From Gaiellaceae bacterium (GTDB taxonomy: Bacteria > Actinomycetota > Thermoleophilia > Gaiellales > Gaiellaceae), in NCBI GenBank assembly GCA_035688315.1, contig DASSND010000066.1:4237-68236 (forward strand): 64,000 nucleotides of DNA, given 5' to 3'. The position numbers and the translations under genes were made by a program. Positions 1-9,306 of the stretch are shown one piece after another. Within the stretch, counting starts at the first letter, position 1; each line of letters starts with the position of its first letter. The notes beneath the pieces are model-generated. The model had not been told where the DNA came from. It ran no database searches and worked only from the letters and a program-made list of their open reading frames with translations.

Positions 1-841
1 GCACGGCGGCGAGCGCGACGAGCGGCGCGAGCAGGGCGCGCGACCAGACGAAGCGCCGGTACGGGAGCGCGAGCACGAGCACGCCGACGCCGAGCCCGAG
101 CAGCCCCGAGCGCGAGAGCGTCGCCAGCTCCACGAGCAGCAGGAACGCGAGCGTCCCGGCGAGCCACCATTTGAGCCGGTGCCGCCGCGGCATCCGCAGG
201 TAGAGCGGCGTCAGGCAGAGCAGCGGCACCAGCAGCATCACGCCGAGATGGTTCGGGTCGCCGGTGAGCGCGTTCGGGCGGTAGATGTTGCGCCCGTTGA
301 TCGCGCCGTAGATGTTGATCGCGCTCGCGCCGCCCGTCAGCGGCGAGAGCACCTGCTTGTCGAGGTTGAGCCCGCCGCGGGCGGCGACGAGCTGGAGGAT
401 CCCGTAGACCGCGTTCGCGACGAAGCCGGCGGCGAACCAGCCGACGGCGCGCCAGTAGTAGCGCTCGCCGCGTCGCGCCAGGTAGCCGATCGCGGCGGCG
501 AGGAAGAGGAAGTGGATCAGGAACTTCGTCATCCCCTTCGCGAACTGCTGCAGCCCCTGCTTGGTGTCGATGTCGAAGTAGCCGGCGAGGTAGACGAGCA
601 GGAACGCGGCGAAGAAGCCGAGCACGATCGCGCTCGTCCGCGGCAGCGGCCGTCGCTCGCTCAGCACGTAGACGACGAGGAAGAGGATCGTCAGCACGTC
701 GGCGATCCCGACCTGGCCCGCGACGTCCCAGTGCACCTTCTCGAAGGTCGACGTGAAGAGGACGCCGGCGAAGAGGAAGCTCAGCGTGAGCGAGAGCGCC
801 CGCGGGCGCGGGCGGGTCGCGGCGGCCGCGGCTGCCGTCAC
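1..841 (-). CDS. O-antigen ligase/polymerase-like polytopic membrane protein (Wzy_C type); N-terminal ~280 codons only, gene runs off the left edge
   Basis: Not in the ORF track because there is no in-window stop. Manual minus-strand translation from GTG (839-841) gives VTAAAAAATRPRPRALSLTLSFLFAGVLFTSTFEKVHWDVAGQVGIADVLTILFLVVY...WWLAGTLAFLLLVELATLSRSGLLGLGVGVLVLAL. It has many TM helices and a T-L-S-R-S-G-LLG loop typical of Wzy_C proteins. The GTG overlaps the stop of the upstream GT4 gene (GTGA). Confidence 0.6.
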   Translation of the reverse strand, partial: MTAAAAAATRPRPRALSLTLSFLFAGVLFTSTFEKVHWDVAGQVGIADVLTILFLVVYVLSERRPLPRTSAIVLGFFAAFLLVYLAGYFDIDTKQGLQQFAKGMTKFLIHFLFLAAAIGYLARRGERYYWRAVGWFAAGFVANAVYGILQLVAARGGLNLDKQVLSPLTGGASAINIYGAINGRNIYRPNALTGDPNHLGVMLLVPLLCLTPLYLRMPRRHRLKWWLAGTLAFLLLVELATLSRSGLLGLGVGVLVLALPYRRFVWSRALLAPLVALAAV

Positions 842-2091
842 GCGAGCGTCCTCAACAGGTCTGCCAGCTCCTCGACGCGGCGGCCCCGGGAGAGGCGTTC
901 GCGCCACTCCGGCGAGAGCGGCGTCCCGTCCAGCCCGCCCGCGCGCCAGCGCGCGTGCAGCTCGAGGAGCGCGGCGCGGAGCCCCTCGACGTCGTCGGCC
1001 GCGGCGACGACGCCGGCGCCGGTGTCGCGCACGAGCCGCGCCGCCGCGCCGTCGGGGGGGACGGCGGCGAGGATCGGCCGCTCCGCGGCGAGGTACTCGA
1101 ACACCTTCCCGGAGAGGACGCCGCGCCCGCGCCCGCCCGCGTCCGGGATCAGCAGCAGCAGCAGCTCCGAGTCGCGCTGCAGCTCGAGCGAGCGCCGACG
1201 CGACACGTAGCCGGGCAGCTCGATCCGGTCGGCGAGCCCGAGCGACTCCGCGAACGCCCTGTCCTCGGCGCGGAAGTCGCCGACGAAGCGCACGACGACG
1301 TCCTCGAGGCCCGACTCGGCGAGCGCGCGCAGGAACGGCTTGGGGTCGCGCTTGCCGAAGAAGGAGCCGGTGTGCGTGATCCGCAGCCGCTCGGACGGCT
1401 CGTAGGGGAGCCCGGCGAAGTCGTCGAAGTCGCAGCCGTTCCCGATCGTCGCCACCGGCCCCTTCGGGCCGAGCGCGCGCGCCTCGTCGGCGATCGCGTC
1501 GGCGGCCGCGACGATCGCGTCCGCGCGGGCCGCCACGAGCTTCGCCACGCCGCCGGCCGCGGTCTCCTTGAGGCGGGCGAGCCGCGACTCGTAGCCGCGG
1601 CGGTGCGAGTGCGCGGTCAGCGAGTCGCGCAGGTCGGCCACCCAGCGCGCCCCGGTCGCCTTCTGCACCGCGGCGCCGAGCAGGTGCAGCGAGCCGGGCG
1701 GCGAGGTGGTGAGCACGACGTCGATCCCCTCGCGGCGCACGATCCGCAGCGCCGCCGGCAGCGCGGCGGTGCTCCAGGGGACGTTCTCGTCGGGGACGAG
1801 CAGCCGCCGGCCGAACAGCTGCGCCTGCGTCCCGACCCGGGCGAGCCCCTGCTTGCCGTGCAGCCGCTCCGCCGGCTTGTCGCTCTTCGGGCCGACGTAG
1901 CGGACGCGGTGCACCCACGCCTGGGTCGGCAGCGCCAGGTCGGCGTCCCCGTGGGTCGCCCCGGCCGAGTCGGGCGCGAGCACGTGCGTCTCGATCCCGA
2001 GCGCGGGCAGGTGGCTCGCGAACTTGAGCGGCCGCTGCACGCCGCCGCCGCCCGCGGGCGGGAAGTAGAGCGTCACGAGCAGGACCTTCAC
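838..2091 (-). CDS. Glycosyltransferase, family 4-like (GT-B fold)
   Basis: 417-aa ORF. The N-terminus MKVLLVTLYFPPAGGGGVQRPLKF is a classic GT4 glycine-rich start. The C-terminal half contains GVLSGKVFEYLAAERPILA. Composition is normal, unlike the overlapping Arg-rich shadow ORFs. Confidence 0.85.
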   Translation of the reverse strand: MKVLLVTLYFPPAGGGGVQRPLKFASHLPALGIETHVLAPDSAGATHGDADLALPTQAWVHRVRYVGPKSDKPAERLHGKQGLARVGTQAQLFGRRLLVPDENVPWSTAALPAALRIVRREGIDVVLTTSPPGSLHLLGAAVQKATGARWVADLRDSLTAHSHRRGYESRLARLKETAAGGVAKLVAARADAIVAAADAIADEARALGPKGPVATIGNGCDFDDFAGLPYEPSERLRITHTGSFFGKRDPKPFLRALAESGLEDVVVRFVGDFRAEDRAFAESLGLADRIELPGYVSRRRSLELQRDSELLLLLIPDAGGRGRGVLSGKVFEYLAAERPILAAVPPDGAAARLVRDTGAGVVAAADDVEGLRAALLELHARWRAGGLDGTPLSPEWRERLSRGRRVEELADLLRTLA

Positions 2092-2103
2092 GCCCCGGGA
2101 ACG

Positions 2104-4131
2104 TTAGTGCGGGGGCAGCCGGAAGACGACGAACTGCTCGTCCCGGTAGACGGGCGCGAGGCCGAGCGCCTCGACCGCCTCGACCTTCTCGTGCCGGCGC
2201 AGGACGAGCCATTCCGCCCCCCAGCGGCGCGGGATCGCGAGGTCCGGACGGGCGAAGAAGTGGAGCACGGCGGCGCGGCGGCGGCGCACCTGGTTCGGCT
2301 TCGTGTTCGCGACGTGCGCGGGCGGCGCCGCGACCACGTAGACCGGCGCGAACGCGACCGCCCGGTAGCTCGTCTCGAGGTCGGCGAAGACGACGGCGCG
2401 CGCCGGCACCTCCTGCTGGAGGTAGCGGACGAGCCCCGGCGTGAGCGCGTACGCGTCCCGCGGGGTCGCGGCGCGCCACTCCGCGAAGCCGTGGATCGCG
2501 ACCGGCAGCACGAAGAGCCCCGCGGCGACCGCCGCGACGAGCCCGCGCGGCGCCCGCTCCTCCGCCGGCAGCGGCGAGCGGCGGGCGAGCGCCGTCCCGA
2601 GCGCGAGCGCGGCGAGCGAGCCGTAGAGCGCGATCCAGGGGATCGCGACCGGCCCGTCGTGGGCGGTGCGCAGGCCGAAGTCGCCCGGATAGTCGAGCTG
2701 GAGCCAGATCCCGGCGCCGAGCGCGAGCGCGAGCGTCCCGACCCGGGAGACGCGCGCGAGCAGGGCGGCGCCGCCCGCGAAGGCGAACGCGAACGGGACG
2801 AAGCCGGCGGCGCGGCGCGCCTGCGAGAGCGAGGCGGCGTCGGCGAAGTGCGGGAAGACGAACGGCCACAGCTCGAGCGCGAGCACGGCCGCCGTCCCGC
2901 CGAGCACGTACGCGCTCCAGCGGCGGCGGCGCGCGAAGAGCGCGAGCGGCGCGAGCACGAGCGCGGCGATCGCGACCGAGCCGGTGCGGTCGACGAGCGA
3001 CGGGTCGAGCGCGTAACGCGTCAGCGAGTGGATGTGCAGGTCTCCCGCGTAGTGGCGGAGGCTCTGGGCGAGCTGCTCCGGGCCGGGGTTCACCGAGACC
3101 GTCTCGTTCACGATCGGCCGCAGCCAGGCGAAGACGGCGAGCATCGACACGACGAAGGCGAGGAGCGCGAGGGCCCCCTCCCGCAGGTCGGCGCCGCGGG
3201 CCAGGAGCGCCCGCGCGACGGCGAACGCGGCGAGCGGGATCGCGAGGAAGAGCGCGTAGGTCGGGTGGACGAAGGAGATCGCCGCCGACGCGGCGGCGAG
3301 CGTGACGCCGAGCTGCGGCGAGGGCCGGCGCACGAAGCGGAAGAAGAGCGCGGTCGCCGCCGGCACGAGCAGCTGCCGCGCCGAGGTGCCCGGGCCGGTC
3401 AGCTGCGTGTACGCGCCGCCTGCGCCGGGCGCGAGCGAGATCAGCGCCACCTGGCCGAGCATCGTCGCGAGCGCGAGCCAGGTGTTGCGGAAGACCGCGC
3501 GCCCCATCTCGAACGCGAGCACGAGCGCGAGCGGCACGAGCAGGCTCGACTCGTGGGAGACGACCGCCGCCGGGTCGACGCCGGCGAGGCGCGCGACGAG
3601 CCCGAGCCACGCGTGCCAGAGCGGGAACGCGTAGCCGGGATGGAGCCCGCCGTGCGCGAACTCGCCGACGCCGTGCAGCGAGAGCGAGCCGAGGTCGAGC
3701 AGCTTCCGGATCCGTCCGAGATGGAAGAGCGCGTCGCCGTCGATGACGCTCTCGACGAACCAGATCGCGCCGCCGTACGCGAGCCCGACGAGGGCGACCG
3801 GGCCGCGGACGCGCGAGACGCGCTCGCCCGCGCGCTCGGGCAGGATCGCGGCGACTGCGCCCGCGGCGAGGACGAGCGCGAGCGTCGCGTCGAGCGAGGT
3901 GTGGAGCGCGACCGCGACCGCCAGCCCGACGCCGGTGAGCGCGAGCGACCACGAGAGCGTCGCGGCGGTGCCGCGCACGCCGATCGCCCGGGCGACGTAG
4001 CGGCCGGGCAGGAGCAGGATCGCCGTCGCCGCCGCGAGCCGCAGCCAGAGCCCGAAGCCGCTCTCGGGCAGCAGCCGCGAGATCCCGAGCAGCGCGGCCG
4101 CCGCGAGCGCCGGGGAGAGCCGCTCCCTCAT
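2104..4131 (-). CDS. Large polytopic membrane protein (about 676 aa; possibly a GT-C-like glycosyltransferase or polymerase) with a C-terminal soluble domain
   Basis: The track ORF 2104..4971 has a junk Arg-rich N-terminus. Real sequence starts at the in-frame ATG at 4131 (MRERLSPALAAAALLGISRLLPESGFGLWLRLAAATAILLLPG...). It has >12 hydrophobic helices and ends ...EALGLAPVYRDEQFVVFRLPPH. The family is not recognised. Confidence 0.7.
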   Translation of the reverse strand: MRERLSPALAAAALLGISRLLPESGFGLWLRLAAATAILLLPGRYVARAIGVRGTAATLSWSLALTGVGLAVAVALHTSLDATLALVLAAGAVAAILPERAGERVSRVRGPVALVGLAYGGAIWFVESVIDGDALFHLGRIRKLLDLGSLSLHGVGEFAHGGLHPGYAFPLWHAWLGLVARLAGVDPAAVVSHESSLLVPLALVLAFEMGRAVFRNTWLALATMLGQVALISLAPGAGGAYTQLTGPGTSARQLLVPAATALFFRFVRRPSPQLGVTLAAASAAISFVHPTYALFLAIPLAAFAVARALLARGADLREGALALLAFVVSMLAVFAWLRPIVNETVSVNPGPEQLAQSLRHYAGDLHIHSLTRYALDPSLVDRTGSVAIAALVLAPLALFARRRRWSAYVLGGTAAVLALELWPFVFPHFADAASLSQARRAAGFVPFAFAFAGGAALLARVSRVGTLALALGAGIWLQLDYPGDFGLRTAHDGPVAIPWIALYGSLAALALGTALARRSPLPAEERAPRGLVAAVAAGLFVLPVAIHGFAEWRAATPRDAYALTPGLVRYLQQEVPARAVVFADLETSYRAVAFAPVYVVAAPPAHVANTKPNQVRRRRAAVLHFFARPDLAIPRRWGAEWLVLRRHEKVEAVEALGLAPVYRDEQFVVFRLPPH

Positions 4132-5099
4132 CCCGACGCCTCCGCGGCGCGGCCGCGCAGCCCCTCCCACGCGACGATCCCGGCGCCGGGAAGCGAGACG
4201 GCGACGGTGACGACGAAGAAGAGGAAGCCGGTCGAGAAGGCGCGGTCGGCGACGACGCCGAGCCCGCCGAGGAAGCTGACGAAGAACGACTCCCGCACGG
4301 CGAGCCCGTTGACCGTGAACGGCACGAGCATGACGAGGAAGAGCAGCGGTCCCATCACGTAGTACGGGCGGGGCGAGAGGTCGACGCCGACCGCCTTCCC
4401 TGCACACCAGATCGCGAGCACGCGGGCCGCCTGGACGGCGAGCGTGAGCGCGAAGACGCCGCCGAGCAGCGCCCGCTCGCTCCGGAACGAGTGGAGCGCG
4501 AGATACGCCGCGCGGAGCGGCCCTTCCAGCCGGACGGCGCGGAGGAGCGGCCCGGTCCGCCGCAGCAGCGGGTGCAGGCGGGTCGAGAAGAGCACGAACG
4601 CGCCGGCCGCAGCGCAGACGACGAGGGCCAGCTCGAGCCAGACGTAGCCGCCGATCGAGTAGCGGCCGACCGCGAGCGCGAAGCCGGCTGCGGCGAGGAC
4701 GAGCGTGGCGACGCCGCCGAGCGCGCGCTCGAGCAGCACGGTTCCCGCGGCCGGCCCGCCCGCGCCCGGGTGGCGCCGCGCGGTCTCGAAGATCCGGGAC
4801 GCGTCGCCTCCGAGCGAGGTCGGCAGCACCTGGCCGGCCGCGTAGGCGACGAAGCTCGTCCGGACGAGCCAGCCGAGCCGCTCGTCGACGCCGCGGGCGG
4901 CGAGCAGACGCTGCCAGCGCCAGGCGAGCGGCCAGACGGAGGCGGCCATGATCGCGCAGGAGGCGAGCCACCAGGCCGGGCTCGCGGTCGCGAGCACGTG
5001 GCCGGTCTCGCCGAGGTCGATCTTCCAGAGAACGTACGCGGTACAGAGGCCGGTGAGCGCGAGCGTCAGGCCGGCCCGAACCAGGCGGGCGCGCGTCAC
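4128..5099 (-). CDS. Lysylphosphatidylglycerol-synthase-TM / UPF0104 family membrane protein (flippase-like domain)
   Basis: These are the last 324 codons of track ORF 4128..7613, starting at GTG 5099 (GTGA overlap with the ATP-grasp stop). Sequence: VTRARLVRAGLTLALTGLCTAYVLWKIDLGE...WRWQRLLAARGV...VAYAAGQVLPTSLGGDASRI. It has about 8 TM helices and the characteristic W-R-W-x-x-L and P-x-x-x-GG-D motifs of this family. Confidence 0.75.
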   Translation of the reverse strand: MTRARLVRAGLTLALTGLCTAYVLWKIDLGETGHVLATASPAWWLASCAIMAASVWPLAWRWQRLLAARGVDERLGWLVRTSFVAYAAGQVLPTSLGGDASRIFETARRHPGAGGPAAGTVLLERALGGVATLVLAAAGFALAVGRYSIGGYVWLELALVVCAAAGAFVLFSTRLHPLLRRTGPLLRAVRLEGPLRAAYLALHSFRSERALLGGVFALTLAVQAARVLAIWCAGKAVGVDLSPRPYYVMGPLLFLVMLVPFTVNGLAVRESFFVSFLGGLGVVADRAFSTGFLFFVVTVAVSLPGAGIVAWEGLRGRAAEASG

Positions 5100-6304
5100 G
5101 CCGCCTCGGCCGCCCGCGCGACCGCGAAGCCGACGAGCGCCGCCGCCTCGGCGGCCGCCCGCTCCGCCTGCTCCCGGCTCGCCCCCGTCGCGAGGACGGC
5201 GCCGGCGCGGTCGGAGGCGCGCCGCAGCGGGGCGAAGCGGTGGCCGGGCGAGCGGTAGGCGTGGACCGCGACGACGCCGGGCACGCGGCGCGCGCGCTCC
5301 AACCCGGTCGTGTCCAGCAGCTCCCCGGGAGGGGCGACGAGGAAGCGCACGCAGGCGCCGCCGGCGAGCCCGACGGGCGCGAGCGGCTCCGGCGCGGTCG
5401 CCTCGCCGAGCGCCGCGGCCACCGCGAGCCCGTCGAGGTCGACGCCCGTGACGGCGCGGCACAGCTCGGAGTCGTGGCCGCCGCCGGTGCGCGCGGAGAG
5501 CTTCGCGAGCAGCGGCCCGCCGGGCGCCGGGAGCACCTGGACGGAGACGGGGCCGCTCTCGACGCCGAGCGCGCGCGTCGCGGCCGCCGCGAGGCGGACG
5601 GCGGCGTCGGCTTCGGCCGGGGCGAGCGCGGCCGGCCAGGAGTGCGCGAGCGGCACGCCGAAGGCGGGTGCCGGAGCCTGCTCGCGGTCGGTCAGCGCGA
5701 GCGGGACGAGCGAGCCGCCCAGCACGATCCCGGCGAGGGTGACGACGCGGCCGCCGACGAACTCCTCGACGAGGCAGGGCTCGCCGCGGGACTCCGCGGC
5801 GGCGGCCGCGACCGCGTCCCGGTCGGCGGCGAGCGCGACGGCGCGCTCGCCGGCGCGGTCGGGCGCCTCGACGACGCACGGGTAGCCGAGCCGGTCGGCG
5901 GCGGCGAGCGCCTCCTCGAGCGTGCGGCAGACGGCGGAGCGCGGCTGCGGCACGCCCGCCGCGGCGAGCGCCTCGCGCTGGCGGCGTTTCGAGCCGGCGA
6001 GGAGCGCCGTCTCCGGCGAGATCGGGTGCGGCAGGGCGAGCCGTGCGGCGACGCGGGCCGCGAGCGCGACGGCGTGGTCGGTGCCGGGCGCGACGACGCC
6101 GTCGATCTGCTCCGCCCGCGCGAGGCGCTCGATCGCGGGCTCGTCCTCGATCGAGACGAGCGCGCGCCGCTCGGCGAGCGGGAAGCCGGGCGCCGCGGGG
6201 TCGCGGTCGGCGGCGACGACGCGCACGCCGAGCCGCCGCGCGGCCGCGAGCACGCCGAGCTGCGCCGGGCCGGCCCCGAGGACGAGCAGTCGCTTCCCCT
6301 CCAC
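5096..6304 (-). CDS. ATP-grasp domain protein (paralog of 9944..11152), with substitutions at usually conserved ATP/Mg positions
   Basis: 402 aa. The N-terminus MEGKRLLVLGAGPAQLGVLAAARRLGVRVVAADRDP is a Rossmann-like pre-ATP-grasp domain, followed by LLAGSKRRQREALAAAGVPQPRS and LVEEFVGG. It is colinear with the other 402-aa ATP-grasp in this window. Confidence 0.8.
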   Translation of the reverse strand: MEGKRLLVLGAGPAQLGVLAAARRLGVRVVAADRDPAAPGFPLAERRALVSIEDEPAIERLARAEQIDGVVAPGTDHAVALAARVAARLALPHPISPETALLAGSKRRQREALAAAGVPQPRSAVCRTLEEALAAADRLGYPCVVEAPDRAGERAVALAADRDAVAAAAAESRGEPCLVEEFVGGRVVTLAGIVLGGSLVPLALTDREQAPAPAFGVPLAHSWPAALAPAEADAAVRLAAAATRALGVESGPVSVQVLPAPGGPLLAKLSARTGGGHDSELCRAVTGVDLDGLAVAAALGEATAPEPLAPVGLAGGACVRFLVAPPGELLDTTGLERARRVPGVVAVHAYRSPGHRFAPLRRASDRAGAVLATGASREQAERAAAEAAALVGFAVARAAEAA

Positions 6305-6343
6305 GGTGCCATTGTCGCGACAGCGTCGGACCCGCAGACGTGT

Positions 6344-7762
6344 CTAGGCCGCGTCGGCGAGCGCGGGCGCGACGGCGGGCGCCGCGACCCGGGCGGGCCG
6401 GCGGATCAGGGCGGCCGCGACCGCGGCGACCAGGACGACCGCGCCGCCCGCGTACACCGCCACCGTCGTCCCGTCGGCGAACGCCTGCGGCGACGCGTAG
6501 CCGCCGCTGTGCGAGAACACCGCCGCGAGCACCGCGACGCCGAAGACGCCGCCCAGCTCGCGGATCGCGTTCGTCGCGCCCGAGGCCTTGCCCTGCTCCG
6601 CCTGCCGCACCGAGCCGAGCACGACGTTCGCGACCGGCGCGAAGAAGAGCGCCATCCCCGCGCCGGAGAGGACGAACGGCCCGACCAGCTCCGCGTACGG
6701 CGTCGTCGCGGTCGTCACGGCCGCGATCCAGAGCAGCCCGGCCCCCTGGAGCGCCAGCCCGGCGGTCATCAGGCGCGCGCCGCCGATCCGGTCGGAGAGC
6801 GCGCCCGCGAGCGGGGCGACGAACATCGGCATCGCCGTCCAGGGGAGGATCCGCAGCCCAGACTGGAGCGGCGAGTACCCCTGCACGGTCTGGAAGAACT
6901 GCGCGAGCAGGAAGATCGAGCCGAACATCCCGAAGAACATCAGGAGCGAGGCGACGTTCGCGAGCGTGAACGTGCGGTCGCGGAAGAAGCCGAGCGGCAG
7001 CATCGGCGCAGGCGCGCGCCGCTCCCAGGCGACGAAGCCCGCGACGAGCAGCGCGCCCGCGAGCAGCGGCAGAACGACGCCGGTCGAGGTCCACCCGTGC
7101 GCGTTGCCGCGGACGAGCCCCCACACGAGTCCGGCGAGACCGGCGCTCGCGAGCCCGAGGCCGGGCAGGTCGAGGCCCGCGTCGGGGCCGTGCGTCTCGT
7201 CCAGCCGCCGCCACGCGAGCGGCGCGAGCACGAGCCCGATCGGGACGTTGAGCCAGAAGATCCAGTGCCACGAGATGCCGCTCACGACGGCGCCGCCGAC
7301 GAGCGGCCCGAGCGCGACGGCGAGACCGCCGACGCCGCCCCAGACCCCGAGCGCGAGGCCGCGCCGCTCGGCCGGCACCGCGGCCGCGAGGATCGTCAGC
7401 GTCAGCGGGGCGACGATCGCGCCGCCGACGCCCTGCAGCGCGCGGGCCGCGTCGAGCATCGTCGCCGAGCCGGAGAGCGCGGCGAGCGCCGAGGCGCCGG
7501 TGAAGAGGAGCAGCCCCGCGGCGAAGAGCCGCCGCCGGCCGAAGCGGTCGCCGAGCGCCGCGCCGGTGAGCAGCAGCACCGCGAACGTCAGCGTGTACGC
7601 GTTCACGGTCCACTCGAGCTGCGAGATCGACGCGTGCAGCTCCTCGCGGATCACGGGCAGCGCGGTCGTGACGACGAGGTTGTCGAGCGAGACCATGAAG
7701 AGCGCGACCGAGGTGATCGCGAGCGTCCAGATCAGCGAGCGTCTTTGTGTGTGAGTCATCAC
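6344..7762 (-). CDS. MFS transporter, DHA2 (EmrB/QacA, 14-TMS) family
   Basis: 472 aa. Contains LAITSVALFMVSLDNLVVTTALPVIREEL, WTVNAYTLTFAVLLLTGAALGDRFGRRRLF and about 14 hydrophobic segments. Confidence 0.9.
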   Translation of the reverse strand: MMTHTQRRSLIWTLAITSVALFMVSLDNLVVTTALPVIREELHASISQLEWTVNAYTLTFAVLLLTGAALGDRFGRRRLFAAGLLLFTGASALAALSGSATMLDAARALQGVGGAIVAPLTLTILAAAVPAERRGLALGVWGGVGGLAVALGPLVGGAVVSGISWHWIFWLNVPIGLVLAPLAWRRLDETHGPDAGLDLPGLGLASAGLAGLVWGLVRGNAHGWTSTGVVLPLLAGALLVAGFVAWERRAPAPMLPLGFFRDRTFTLANVASLLMFFGMFGSIFLLAQFFQTVQGYSPLQSGLRILPWTAMPMFVAPLAGALSDRIGGARLMTAGLALQGAGLLWIAAVTTATTPYAELVGPFVLSGAGMALFFAPVANVVLGSVRQAEQGKASGATNAIRELGGVFGVAVLAAVFSHSGGYASPQAFADGTTVAVYAGGAVVLVAAVAAALIRRPARVAAPAVAPALADAA

Positions 7763-7790
7763 TTCCTCCGATGCGAAAAAAAGAGAACCG

Positions 7791-8375
7791 TCAGGTCGAC
7801 TTGCCGCAGCCCTCGAGCAGCATCCGCGCCCACGACTCCGAGCCGTCGTGGACGTCCATGGCCGAGAGCACGTTGAGCAGCATCCCGGTGGCGAAGAAGC
7901 GGGACACGTCCTCGGCCGGCAGCCCGCTCACCCGCTGGACGTAGGCGACGAGGTCGCCGTAGCCGTCGCGGACGACCGCGCAGATCTCGTCGTCGTCGCA
8001 GGCGGCGTACGCCTGCATCTGCGCCTTCAGCCGCGTCCGGTTCGAGGTCAGCTCGGCGATATACGCCGTGCCGATCGCGTGCAGCGCCTCCTCGCCGCGC
8101 GCGCCCTCCGCCGCCTTCTGGAACAGCTCGAGCATCTCGCGGAAGCAGCGGGCCGCCGAGGCCTTGAACAGCTCCTTCTTCGTGCCGAAGAGCCGGAAGA
8201 GGTACGGCTGCGAGATCCCGGCCGCGCGCGCGATCTCCTCGGTCGAGGTGCCCTCGTAGCCGTGCTCTGCGAACGCGACGAGCGCGGCGTCGAGGACGTC
8301 GTCGCGACGCTCGGCGGCGGAGAGGCGGGTCGTGCTCACGCGCGAGATAGTAAGTGATGACTCACTTCTTGTCAA
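7791..8375 (-). CDS. TetR/AcrR family transcriptional regulator
   Basis: 194 aa. The HTH region is RRDDVLDAALVAFAEHGYEGTSTEEIARAAGISQPYLFRLFGTKKELF. It lies directly upstream of, and is probably co-transcribed with, the DHA2 pump. The start may be an internal GTG about 12 codons in, because 8375 overlaps the upstream gene by 14 nt. Confidence 0.85.
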   Translation of the reverse strand: MTRSESSLTISRVSTTRLSAAERRDDVLDAALVAFAEHGYEGTSTEEIARAAGISQPYLFRLFGTKKELFKASAARCFREMLELFQKAAEGARGEEALHAIGTAYIAELTSNRTRLKAQMQAYAACDDDEICAVVRDGYGDLVAYVQRVSGLPAEDVSRFFATGMLLNVLSAMDVHDGSESWARMLLEGCGKST

Positions 8376-9306
8376 GCACGCGCTCGTAGATCCCGACCAG
8401 CTGCTCGGCGATCCGGTCGACGTCGTGCAGCCGCTCGGCGTACGCGCGCGACGCCTCGCCGATCGCGCGCCGGCGCGCGCCGTCGGCGACGAGCGGCGCG
8501 AGCGTCTCGCGCAGGGTCTCCTTCGTCGTCGCCACGAGCGGCACCTCGACGCCGTACGCCGCCTCCGTCCGCCGCACCGCCTCGTCGTGGAGGAACGTCA
8601 CGACCGGCTTCCCGAGCGCGAGACATTCGATCGCGAAGACGCCGTACCAGCCCGCGTTCAGCTGGTCGACGACGATGTCCGCCTGCCGGTACTGCTCGAA
8701 CGCCTCGTCGTGCGTGAGGCCCTCGACGATCCGCAGCTCCGCGTCGAGCCCCTCGCACGCGGCGACGACGTGCTCGGTGCCCTTGCGGCGCCGCGACGAG
8801 GGCGCGTGCAGGATCACCGGCCGGCGCGTCCCCGCATCCGGGATCGCCGGCTCGATCCGCGACACCTCGATCCCCGGCAGGACGACGTCGGCGTGCGGCA
8901 CCCAGCGGATCGCGTCGTAGCTGCCGACGATCTCCACGTCCGCGCGCAGGCCGTAGGCGAGCTGGTCGCGCGACTTTCCCCGGATGTCGCGGCCGAGGTA
9001 GTGGTAGATCCCGCGCTTGCCGAGCGCGTGCAGGATCCGGAACTGGAGCGACGCCGGCACGAGCGTCACCGCCGAGTAGAAGTGGAAGACGTCGTAGCGC
9101 GGCAGCAGCTCGAGGAACGCGCGCCACTGCCTCGGCTGGCGGCGGAGCTGGCTGCCCTGCGGCAGGTCGAGCGAGCGGTCCGCCTCCGGGTGGAGCTTGT
9201 AGCGGTTGAAGACGACGAGGTCGGACTCGATCCCGAGCCGGCGGAGCGCGAGCGAGTTCGCCCACGGGATCCCGGCGGTGTTCACCGGGCAGTGCAGGAC
9301 CCTCAT
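8362..9306 (-). CDS. Glycosyltransferase (GT-B fold, GT1/GT4-like)
   Basis: In-frame ATG at 9306 within track ORF 8362..9939 (ATGA overlap with the upstream stop). Sequence: MRVLHCPVNTAGIPWANSLALRRLGIESDLVVF...RPVILHAPSSRRRKGTEHVVAA...ADIVVDQLNAGWYGVFAIECLALGKPVVTFL. Confidence 0.7.
   Translation of the reverse strand: MRVLHCPVNTAGIPWANSLALRRLGIESDLVVFNRYKLHPEADRSLDLPQGSQLRRQPRQWRAFLELLPRYDVFHFYSAVTLVPASLQFRILHALGKRGIYHYLGRDIRGKSRDQLAYGLRADVEIVGSYDAIRWVPHADVVLPGIEVSRIEPAIPDAGTRRPVILHAPSSRRRKGTEHVVAACEGLDAELRIVEGLTHDEAFEQYRQADIVVDQLNAGWYGVFAIECLALGKPVVTFLHDEAVRRTEAAYGVEVPLVATTKETLRETLAPLVADGARRRAIGEASRAYAERLHDVDRIAEQLVGIYERVLDKK

Noticed and set aside
955-4362. 1135-aa plus-strand ORF. The same applies to similar giants at 5240..7876, 17802..20297, 20258..22600, 25293..26702, 26615..29074, 29439..31262, 37185..39488 (minus), 45701..47686 (minus), 56071..58590 and 56123..58720.
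   Set aside because: The translations are monotonous Arg/Asp/Glu/Gly/Pro/Ala strings (for example RRRGGERDAELRRG). They are antisense or out of frame to ORFs with clear family motifs. These are typical shadow ORFs of a >70% GC genome, where stop codons are rare.
6305-6343. The TGTCGCGACA palindrome between the ATP-grasp start and the MFS stop, considered as an operator or terminator.
   Set aside because: It is a 10-bp GC-rich palindrome of a kind expected by chance at this GC content. The 39-nt spacer gives no further support.
4128-7613. 1161-aa minus-strand ORF spanning the UPF0104, ATP-grasp and MFS regions. Analogous N-terminal extensions occur in 2104..4971, 8362..9939, 9303..11066, 19773..22385, 25155..27842, 28483..30519, 29358..31667, 31259..33862, 34729..36612 and 53125..55449.
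   Set aside because: Only the C-terminal parts have protein-like composition and motifs. The N-terminal parts are Arg-rich junk that overlaps real upstream genes in another frame. In each case an in-frame ATG/GTG overlapping the upstream stop gives a protein of the expected family length.
7763-7790. The A7/T7 run (gcgaaaaaaagagaacc) between the TetR stop and the MFS start, considered as an intrinsic terminator.
   Set aside because: No convincing stem precedes the T-run on the minus strand. A GGAGGAAG Shine-Dalgarno for the pump follows immediately, so read-through co-transcription is more likely.
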